DNA of 47,078 nt. It comes from Eubacteriales bacterium (lineage in GTDB: Bacteria; Bacillota; Clostridia; Oscillospirales; CAG-272). The stretch is taken from the NCBI GenBank assembly GCA_045652845.1, contig JAZOLJ010000002.1, forward strand, positions 1-47,078. Reading direction: 5' to 3'. Every line of letters starts with the position of its first letter. Position 1 is the stretch's first letter. A program made the translations under genes and the position numbers. Positions 6,045 through 13,518 of this stretch are shown in pieces. Below the pieces are notes generated by a model. The model was not told the origin of the DNA. It worked only from the letters and a program-made list of their open reading frames with translations, and did no database searches.

Positions 6045-9000
6045 ATGAAAAAACAGATGCGAGTTGTTCTTTTTGCGGTGTTGGTACTGTTACTGGTAAC
6101 CGTTACTGCAATTGCGGCATCCGCCGCCACGCCGTTTAGCACGGGTGAGAAAAGCTATGCCACGCTTGCGGAGGCTGCGGCTGCAGTCACCAACGGTGGC
6201 ACCATTACCGTGACGGAGGACGTTAGTCTTTCCGCCAACGCCACGCTCTCTGCAACAAAGACCTATACCCTGCAGGGAAGCACAGCCACCCGAAAGATCA
6301 CCTTCACCGGTGGCGGCTTGGTGATCAGTGCGGGCAACGTTACCATTAAAAATCTTGCCATTACGGCAAACGCTGCCAACGCCATTACGGTGAAAAATTC
6401 CGAAACCAAGCTCACCGTCAGCACCGGTGCGGTCATCACCTCAAATGGCAAAACCGACACGACGGGTCTTTCCGTGGCAGTGGCAGGCGATGCCACCCTG
6501 CTGATCGAGAATGGCAAGCTGACGGGTGCTGTCGGCTCAACCGATGAAAATGCTGCGAAGGGTGCTACTATCAAGATCACGGGCGGCACGCTGAACTCGA
6601 ACCCCAACACGCCCGCAGGCCACGTGCTGCGCGTCACCGGAGCAGACTTTCATTTAACCGTTGAGGGCGGCACCTTCAATTTTACCAGTACAAGTAACAG
6701 CTTGTCTTCCTTGCTGTATGCTGACGACACCTCCGCCACGGTCACCATCACGGGCGGCACCTTTTGGGGCAGAGGCACTGATGGCGCACCCATGCTTTAT
6801 TGCAAAAAGGGAACGTATTCCGTCAGCGGCGGCGCCTTTTACTCACAGATCCCCGGAGCAAGTGGCAATGAATCTGTCGTTTTTTGGGCAAATGGCAGCA
6901 ACTCCTCGAAGTCGGACTATACCATCTCCGGCGGCAGATTTTATGCTTATGGCGACGGCTATACCTACCCTCTTGCTGTAGATGCTTGTACCTCTATGAA
7001 GATCACGGGCGGCTTTTTTACCTTCGTTGATACGCTGGAGAGCCCCGATGACATTGATCTTACTAAGGCGAATAAAGAATATTACGTAAACTCTTTCGGC
7101 AAAGATTATTGCAACGGTGTAAGAATTCAAACCTCCACCCTCGTGGAAATTGGCGGCGGCACCTTTATGGGCGGTAAAAGCAATGCGGCACTTAACATTG
7201 CGGCAACAACAGTAAACGTGCTGATCTCGGGCGGCACCTTCTACGGCCACCGTGCGATCCAAATCAAGTCTACGGGCGGTGCGCTAACCGTTACGGGCGG
7301 CAATTTTTACCCCAACCCGGGGCAGCAGAACTGTAAGCTGCTCGATATAGATAGCTCAACTGCCGTGGTGAATATCTTCGGCGGTAACTTTGATGCCGAA
7401 TATACCGCCGCGGGTAACGTGACCTCGGGCGCGGTGATCTATTTTAAAACTTCAGGCACCGTAAACGTATACGGCGGCACCTTTCACTGCGCCTCTACCT
7501 ATAGCTCTAAAGAGAGCTCTTTGGTCAGATTTGATGCTGCCGGTACGCTTTTGCTTGACAAGGGCACCGTTGTGGTTGGCAACGGCACCTTTACGGGTAA
7601 CGGTGCCACGGTAACGTGCGGTGGTGTTGCCACAATGTTCCGCATGTGCACTGACAACGCTACCCTTACCGTAAACGCAGGCAATTTTGTGATCTCTGAT
7701 AAAGCCACCGGTATTTATGCCGAGGCGGCAGCTGTCACCACTACCGTGAACGGCGGCAGCTTCACCTCGGGTGATACCGCAACCGTGATGAACCTTCTTG
7801 CAGGCAATGTTACCGTAAACGGCGGTAGCTTCACCGGCACGGGCGCGTATTTAATTAATGTAAACATACCGAAGGATAGTGGCAGAGTTACCGTAAACGG
7901 CGGCAGCTTCACCTCGGGTGATACCGCAACCGTGATGAACCTTCTTGCAGGCAACGTTACCGTAAACGGCGGTAGCTTCACCGGCACGGGCGTGTGCCTT
8001 ATCAACGTGCTCATGTCGAAGGAAAACGGCAGCTTTACCGTAAACGGCGGTGTGTTCACGCTGAATTCCGGCTTCGCCTCCGCGGGTGGCGCCATCATTC
8101 GCACGGACATTCAGTTAATTCCGCAAAACGCAGATCAGAATTACGACCCCACCGATTTCTACTATACCTGCGATGCAACGATCGTGCTGGCAGGCGGCTT
8201 GTTTGTGGATAACAGCTCTACCAACCGCGCCATTATTGATACCACGCTCGGAGAAGCCGTTGTTGTGTATGACGGCGCGATCTTCCTTTCCCGTTACCTC
8301 CAAGCATATATCATTGCTTCCAACAACAACGTAGCTCCCAGTCTTGCCCTTGCCCCCAACGCGGCAACCTGCTCTTACCTTGGCAGCAGCTACTATTGCT
8401 ATATGACCACCGCCACCACTGATGCTAACAAGGCACCCGTAATGGAGGGCGGTGCCGGCGTTACCATCACCTCCGCGTACGAGGGCATTCGCTTTACCTC
8501 CTACATACCTGCCGCTGTGGCAGCAAATTTGCCCAAAGGCTACTCCTTTGGCACGTTGATCGCGCCTGCCGATTACGTGGTGGCAGCAGGCGGCTTTACC
8601 CATGCAAAGCTGAATGAATGGAAGGCTGCCAATAGCTCTGTTGGCACCGTATACGTTGATATCGTAGCAAAGAACAGTATAGAGGAAAATACCGACGGCA
8701 GCATTTCCTTTAGCGGCGCGCTGGTTTCCTTGAAGCAGCAAAACTACACGCGTAGCATGGCAGCCGTGGCTTACGTGCTTGCCGACGGCGTGTACTATTA
8801 CAGCACCTACGACCCCGATCAAAACGCGCGCTCGATGGCGTACGTTGCCAAGGATGCATATACGGCAATTGTAGATGCCTCCGACGAAGACCACATGAAC
8901 CACTCTCTTTATAAGAAGGGCGCACACAGCGCCTTTACCGAAGCGGAGCAGCTCATTCTCAAAGCCTACAGTGCTTATAATCACACGTGGGATAAGGCAC

Positions 9001-11540
9001 TCGTAAGTATTTCCACCAAGGTTACCTGGGGTAGCGATGCAAGCCCGAACCTGAAAACGGCAGCAGAAAACCTGAAGACCACACTGCAAGCCATGGGCTG
9101 CACCACCACCGGTGCGGTGATCCTTGTGGGTAACACGGGTGATGCCGAGGTGGCGACCGCCCTTTCCGAAATTGAAGGGAACGGCTACTACGTTGGTGTG
9201 ATCAACGGCAAGCTTGTGATCGTGGGTACCACCAACGCACTTACCATGCAGGCATTTGCATACTTTACAGGCACGTATCTTACCTCTGCCGCTGCGGGCA
9301 GGCAGGTTGAGATCTCAGAAAAGGTTGTTTCCAACGCTAAAATGGTTACGCTTAATGCAGATGCCTCCTTTGTGTTCCAGCACACCCGTGAGGGCAATCC
9401 TTACAAAAACAGTGGCGATTTGAACAAGGATATCGACTTTAACATCAGCGAAAACCACCTTTACAACTACGAGGACAACAGCAAATACGTTGACTATCCC
9501 TTGGTTGCCGCCTTTGAGATCGCCGTGGCGCTTGACGGCTCGGCAGACTATTACAATTACCTGCCCGATAACGAGGCGTTTGGCAACGCAAACATTCACG
9601 TAGGTATTACACAGCTTGCCCTTTCCACCCTGCTTGCGGGCAAGGACGTGGGCTATTACGGCTACGCACTCAAGGATGGCAACGTGATCATTTCCTCCTT
9701 TGACGATGCAACGCTGCGTCTTGCAAAGAAGCTCTTTATCGAAGATCTTGCCGATTTTGCCGCAAACGGCACCTACATGATCCCCGTGGATTATGAATTT
9801 GAAAAGGGCTATTCCGATGGCTTTACGGGCGCATTTAACAGCTATTCAAGTGATGCAACCATTCAGGCGGGCGCAAACCTTGTTGCCAAAGAGCTTTCGC
9901 TGCTTGTCACCGACTTCCCGCGCCCCAAAGATCTGCAGCTTTCGGGTGCGGTAAACGTTGATAGTAACTCGCTTGAGCTTTACTATCAAAATGTAGATGT
10001 CACCGATTACACTGCATATTGTGCATTGCTTGAGCAAAAGGGATACGACGTATACATGGCAGAGCGCGCGGTGGAGGGCAACCGCTTTGTAACCTACTAT
10101 CATCCCACCAAAAAGATCACGCTTCACGTGATGTACAATCAATATCGCTATGCCGCAAGAGAGGAGACCAACAACGGCACGTCACTCTCAAAAATGTTTA
10201 CGCCTACCCTGCGCGTGGTGGCAGCCAAGGTAGATGGCACGTACGTCAACCTTTTGCCCGAGAAATATCTCGCTCCCCAAGCTACGGGTCATAAGACCGC
10301 CACAAGGCTCACAGTTCTCGAGCTCAGCGATGGCAACTTTGGCTACTGCTATATTTACACGCTTGAGGACGGTACGTTTGTAGTCCTTGACGGTGGCGGC
10401 GGCGCTAATAACGCGGTTGATGCCGAGCGTCTTTATAACGTGCTCTCTAAGTTGCATACTGATCTTCACGGCAAGCCCGCAACCGGCAACCCCATTGTGA
10501 TCTCCGCGTGGTATGTCTCTCACGGCCACGGTGACCACATGAGAATGATGGAGTACTTTATTTCCAAGTATTGTAATGTTGAACGGGTATCCGGACTTGG
10601 CAGCATCGCTGGCTACAACTCTACCGTTCGTGTTGATGCAATCATTGGTAACTTTGCCTCCAACGACGAGGCATACAACACGTTTGACCCCAAGCAGGAC
10701 ATAGCAAACATGCTTGGCACCGATGAATGGTTTAAGAACAACGGCAAGGCAATTCCTTACTACAAGGTACACACCGGTCAGAGGTTCTATATCAAAAACC
10801 TTGAGTTTGAGGTTATGTACACGCACGAGGATATTCATCCTTGGAGCATGGACTACTTTAACAACACCACAACCGTTATCCGCCTGACGGCGCATGAAAC
10901 AGACGGCTCCGGCAGCATTCTTGCCGGTAAAAATGCGATCAGCACCATGATCCTCGGTGACCTGCAGGCACGCGGCAGCATGGTTATGCGCGCTACGTGG
11001 GGTGATTACGCCAAGTCCGATATCGTTATGTCCGCGCACCACGGCGGCCAAGGCTGTGAGGGCAAGCTCTACGAGCTGATCGACGCACAGGTCATTCTGT
11101 GGTCGCACCGTGCGCTGGGTCTGCAAAACATGCCCAACGACCTCGCGGATGCGACGTCGGCTACCCAAAAAGAAAATTTTGTATGGTTCTCGAATACCAG
11201 ATGGCTCTACATTATTACGAGTATGTCTCTTGATGCAGTCGTAGGTGACAATGCGAACTATAACGTTACCATGACGCTGACTAAGGACGGTATTGTGGGT
11301 CTTGCCGAGGGCGAGGCTGCAGCCCAAGAGTTCCTTGCGGGTCTGGATAACGTTTACGCCGGCAAGGCAGAGAAACTTGCCTTGGGTACGGGTATCATGA
11401 ACGGTGGCGATTACGTGGGCAACGGCGTGATCTTGTGGCGCGGCAACTTCACGTATCCCATGCCCGCACCCCGTCATCCTGATCCTATGGACAGCAAATC
11501 TGACACCTTTGATGAGAATCTGGTCGATATTCTTGACTGA
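6045..11540 (+). CDS. Giant (1831 aa) secreted multidomain protein: signal peptide, beta-helix-like region with a GGxF repeat array, a beta-sandwich-like middle region, and a C-terminal roughly 840-aa module ending in a metallo-beta-lactamase-fold domain
   Basis: AAAGGAGA RBS at 6031-6038 supports ATG 6045 rather than the ORF-track start at 6012. Signal peptide is MKKQMRVVLFAVLVLLLVTVTAIAASAA. About 19 [IV]xGGxF repeats. C-terminal motifs in order: VLDGGGG, SHGHGDH (10521-10538), YTHED, ILGD, SAHHGGQG. The C-terminal module aligns with both lipoproteins at 35836-40604. Confidence 0.9.
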   Translation: MKKQMRVVLFAVLVLLLVTVTAIAASAATPFSTGEKSYATLAEAAAAVTNGGTITVTEDVSLSANATLSATKTYTLQGSTATRKITFTGGGLVISAGNVTIKNLAITANAANAITVKNSETKLTVSTGAVITSNGKTDTTGLSVAVAGDATLLIENGKLTGAVGSTDENAAKGATIKITGGTLNSNPNTPAGHVLRVTGADFHLTVEGGTFNFTSTSNSLSSLLYADDTSATVTITGGTFWGRGTDGAPMLYCKKGTYSVSGGAFYSQIPGASGNESVVFWANGSNSSKSDYTISGGRFYAYGDGYTYPLAVDACTSMKITGGFFTFVDTLESPDDIDLTKANKEYYVNSFGKDYCNGVRIQTSTLVEIGGGTFMGGKSNAALNIAATTVNVLISGGTFYGHRAIQIKSTGGALTVTGGNFYPNPGQQNCKLLDIDSSTAVVNIFGGNFDAEYTAAGNVTSGAVIYFKTSGTVNVYGGTFHCASTYSSKESSLVRFDAAGTLLLDKGTVVVGNGTFTGNGATVTCGGVATMFRMCTDNATLTVNAGNFVISDKATGIYAEAAAVTTTVNGGSFTSGDTATVMNLLAGNVTVNGGSFTGTGAYLINVNIPKDSGRVTVNGGSFTSGDTATVMNLLAGNVTVNGGSFTGTGVCLINVLMSKENGSFTVNGGVFTLNSGFASAGGAIIRTDIQLIPQNADQNYDPTDFYYTCDATIVLAGGLFVDNSSTNRAIIDTTLGEAVVVYDGAIFLSRYLQAYIIASNNNVAPSLALAPNAATCSYLGSSYYCYMTTATTDANKAPVMEGGAGVTITSAYEGIRFTSYIPAAVAANLPKGYSFGTLIAPADYVVAAGGFTHAKLNEWKAANSSVGTVYVDIVAKNSIEENTDGSISFSGALVSLKQQNYTRSMAAVAYVLADGVYYYSTYDPDQNARSMAYVAKDAYTAIVDASDEDHMNHSLYKKGAHSAFTEAEQLILKAYSAYNHTWDKALVSISTKVTWGSDASPNLKTAAENLKTTLQAMGCTTTGAVILVGNTGDAEVATALSEIEGNGYYVGVINGKLVIVGTTNALTMQAFAYFTGTYLTSAAAGRQVEISEKVVSNAKMVTLNADASFVFQHTREGNPYKNSGDLNKDIDFNISENHLYNYEDNSKYVDYPLVAAFEIAVALDGSADYYNYLPDNEAFGNANIHVGITQLALSTLLAGKDVGYYGYALKDGNVIISSFDDATLRLAKKLFIEDLADFAANGTYMIPVDYEFEKGYSDGFTGAFNSYSSDATIQAGANLVAKELSLLVTDFPRPKDLQLSGAVNVDSNSLELYYQNVDVTDYTAYCALLEQKGYDVYMAERAVEGNRFVTYYHPTKKITLHVMYNQYRYAAREETNNGTSLSKMFTPTLRVVAAKVDGTYVNLLPEKYLAPQATGHKTATRLTVLELSDGNFGYCYIYTLEDGTFVVLDGGGGANNAVDAERLYNVLSKLHTDLHGKPATGNPIVISAWYVSHGHGDHMRMMEYFISKYCNVERVSGLGSIAGYNSTVRVDAIIGNFASNDEAYNTFDPKQDIANMLGTDEWFKNNGKAIPYYKVHTGQRFYIKNLEFEVMYTHEDIHPWSMDYFNNTTTVIRLTAHETDGSGSILAGKNAISTMILGDLQARGSMVMRATWGDYAKSDIVMSAHHGGQGCEGKLYELIDAQVILWSHRALGLQNMPNDLADATSATQKENFVWFSNTRWLYIITSMSLDAVVGDNANYNVTMTLTKDGIVGLAEGEAAAQEFLAGLDNVYAGKAEKLALGTGIMNGGDYVGNGVILWRGNFTYPMPAPRHPDPMDSKSDTFDENLVDILD
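6570..8210 (+). repeat. Protein-level repeat array: about 19 copies of a [IV]-x-G-G-x-F unit (irregular 25-45 aa period) inside the giant gene
   Basis: ITGGTL, VEGGTF, ITGGTF, VSGGAF, ISGGRF, ITGGFF, IGGGTF, ISGGTF, VTGGNF, IFGGNF, VYGGTF, VGNGTF, VNAGNF, VNGGSF x4, VNGGVF, LAGGLF, all read from the translation. Confidence 0.8.
7744..7992 (+). repeat. In-frame tandem duplication: two 102-nt copies (7744-7845 and 7891-7992), period 147 nt
   Basis: The copies differ at two positions only (gtgaac/gtaaac, ggcaat/ggcaac), and both changes are synonymous. Each encodes TVNGGSFTSGDTATVMNLLAGNVTVNGGSFTGTG. Confidence 0.95.
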
Positions 11541-11563
11541 TCCCCCAACCACAAAATGTAATC

Positions 11564-11600
11564 AAGCCCCCAAGCACACTGTGCTTGGGGGCTTTCTTTT
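11564..11600 (+). terminator. Rho-independent terminator of the giant gene
   Basis: Stem AAGCCCCCAAGCAC / GTGCTTGGGGGCTT followed by TCTTTT. Confidence 0.85.
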
Positions 11601-11641
11601 GCAAAATTTTTAGGGACAAGACTGCATTTGTAAACACGAAT

Positions 11642-11680
11642 AAAAAACACGGCATATCTCTTTTGAAATATGCCGTGTTT
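11642..11680 (-). terminator. Rho-independent terminator for the AEC/UDG operon (minus strand)
   Basis: 13-bp stem AAACACGGCATAT / ATATGCCGTGTTT. On the minus strand it runs into TTTTTTA. It lies about 60 nt downstream of the AEC stop. Confidence 0.7.
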
Positions 11681-11738
11681 CTATAAAACCGTCCTTTAGA
11701 GTATTGCTCTATCGGCTTTCTTTTTTTGTTGTTATCGG

Positions 11739-12704
11739 TCAAAGCCTTGCCACAAAATCACCAATGAAGTAAAGGAGTGGGAGAGTGGCAATTGAAAACA
11801 GCGAGGAGGTGCCAACCGTTTGGGCGGCGTAGCTCGGCTTGATGCCGTAAAGCTCTGCCAGCATGGTGATGGTGGCGGCAGAGGGAAGCGCTGCAATTAC
11901 CGTGCAGAACATCACGATCTCATAGCTGTTGGCCATGCCGAGGGTGCAAAGCTTGGTAACAAAGCAAATAATGAGTGGCAATATCACAAGCTTGATGGCG
12001 TTAAAGAGGTAGATGCGCGGATTTTTTACGATCTCACGCGGGCTTTGCACGGCAAGCAGTGCGCCCGTGATCAAGAGCGAGATCGGCATACAAAGGTTGC
12101 CCATATAGCCGCAGAAATCCACGACCAGCGCGGGCATGGGTAAAGCTGCCTTCAAAAGATAGAGCGCAAGACCGATGGCGCAGGGAACAGTGCCGAAATT
12201 CAGTACAGCCTTTTTGGGGGTCAGCTTAATATCGTCGCGGCCGCGCGAGAGCAGGTAGATGCCAAAGGTCCAGATATATACGTGAAAGCCGATCACGAAA
12301 AACGAGCCGTAGAAAACGCCGTTTTCGGGAAAGACCGCCGCGAGAATAGGAAAGCCGATGAAGGCGCAGTTGGTAAAGGTAAGGGCAAATTGAGAAAGCT
12401 TTTTCTCGTCGGGGTCGGTGAAGGCCTTGCCGCACAGCATGGCGATCAAGCCCATTATGGGGTGCAGAAGAAGGCCGATGCCAAGGTAAAACAGTCCTTC
12501 CTTAAATAGCTCCCAGCTGTAATCCTTGCTGATTAGTGCGCCGATGATGAGAAGGGGCTGCCCGAACTCGATAATGAGCTTTGACATACGGTTGGATGCC
12601 ACGTCGTTGATAACGCCTCGCTTGCGGCACAGAAAGCCTGCTGCCATTACCAAAAACAGCACGCCGATGATCGTTAATAAATTAAAAAAAGTTGTCAGAT
12701 CCAT
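11739..12704 (-). CDS. AEC (auxin efflux carrier / malate permease-like) family transporter
   Basis: 321 aa and about 10 TM helices. The N-terminus MDLTTFFNLLTIIGVLFLVMAAGFLCRKRGVI...SKLII and overall topology are typical of PF03547-type membrane transport proteins. Confidence 0.8.
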   Translation of the reverse strand: MDLTTFFNLLTIIGVLFLVMAAGFLCRKRGVINDVASNRMSKLIIEFGQPLLIIGALISKDYSWELFKEGLFYLGIGLLLHPIMGLIAMLCGKAFTDPDEKKLSQFALTFTNCAFIGFPILAAVFPENGVFYGSFFVIGFHVYIWTFGIYLLSRGRDDIKLTPKKAVLNFGTVPCAIGLALYLLKAALPMPALVVDFCGYMGNLCMPISLLITGALLAVQSPREIVKNPRIYLFNAIKLVILPLIICFVTKLCTLGMANSYEIVMFCTVIAALPSAATITMLAELYGIKPSYAAQTVGTSSLFSIATLPLLYFIGDFVARL

Positions 12705-12713
12705 TAAAACACC

Positions 12714-13265
12714 TCATTTCATTTCGTCAAGCCTTTGGCGCAGACGCTTCATATCCTGCAGCATATCCTCTTTTTTGCGCGGATCGCGCAGGAGGTAGGC
12801 AGGGTGGTATACGGCAGTCATCAGATAATCGCCCTTCTTAAACCATTCGCCATGCTCACGGGTGATGCGAAAATCGGGCTTGATCAGCTTCATGGCGGCA
12901 ATGCGACCAAGGCACACGATGATCTTGGGGCGAATCAGGCGCATCTGCTCGCGCAGATACTCAATGCACGCCGCCTCCTCCTCGGGCAAAGGGTCACGGT
13001 TTTGCGGCGGACGGCATTTTAAGATATTGGCAATGTAAACCTTTTCGCGCGGAATGCCTACGGCATCTAAAAATTGATTTAAGAGCTGCCCTGCGCGCCC
13101 GACAAACGGTGTGCCCGAAAGATCCTCCTGCTCACCGGGGGCTTCGCCCACAAGCATCAGCTCCGCCTCGCGGCTGCCCGCGCCGAACACGCAATTTGTG
13201 CGCGTGTCGCCAAGCGCGCATTTGTGACAGCTGCGGCACTCGTTTTCAAGTATTTCCCAATCCAT
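12714..13265 (-). CDS. Uracil-DNA glycosylase, family 4 (Fe-S type)
   Basis: [21 protein letters not shown]...[27 protein letters not shown] is the family-4 UDG signature. ATG 13265 has GAAAGGGA upstream. ORF-track ATG 13295 coincides with the predicted transcription start, so I prefer 13265. Confidence 0.9.
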   Translation of the reverse strand: MDWEILENECRSCHKCALGDTRTNCVFGAGSREAELMLVGEAPGEQEDLSGTPFVGRAGQLLNQFLDAVGIPREKVYIANILKCRPPQNRDPLPEEEAACIEYLREQMRLIRPKIIVCLGRIAAMKLIKPDFRITREHGEWFKKGDYLMTAVYHPAYLLRDPRKKEDMLQDMKRLRQRLDEMK

Positions 13266-13303
13266 AACGCGTCCCTTTCGTGTTGTATCACACATATGCT
13301 ACT

Positions 13304-13332
13304 ATTATAGCAAATATTGCGTGATCATGCAA
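13304..13332 (-). promoter_or_regulatory. Sigma-A-type promoter for the UDG/AEC operon (minus strand)
   Basis: On the minus strand: TTGCAT, 17-nt spacer ending TGC, TATAAT. Confidence 0.7.
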
Positions 13333-13401
13333 GTAAATATTTCGCGTTTTATCACTGTTTTTCCTGTTTTTTCAATATTCCTTCTTTTTGCAATTTGTAT
13401 C

Positions 13402-13430
13402 TTGACTTTGTGAATAGAATATATTAAAAT
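13402..13430 (+). promoter_or_regulatory. Sigma-A-type promoter for the SGNH hydrolase gene
   Basis: TTGACT (13402-13407), 17-nt spacer, TAAAAT (13425-13430). Confidence 0.6.
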
Positions 13431-13518
13431 AATTCCATAATGCTATGCCCGGAGGCATCTTACAGCATCGGTTTTGTTAGGCTGTTTTAAGGAGATTTTT
13501 TATGAGAGGAGATTTTTT

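Noticed and set aside
7744-7992. Direct repeats that could superficially suggest a CRISPR-like or satellite array
   Set aside because: There are only two copies. They are 102 nt long with a 147-nt period, in frame inside a long ORF, and they encode the same GGSF protein repeat as the surrounding sequence. There are no short palindromic repeats and no cas genes.
10188-11552. 454-aa minus-strand ORF (also 8115-9089, 324 aa) inside the giant gene
   Set aside because: It is antisense to a coding frame supported by signal peptide, repeats and paralog alignment. It has no motifs and a Val/Arg/His/Gly-rich composition, and it overlaps the sense gene's terminator region without an SD.
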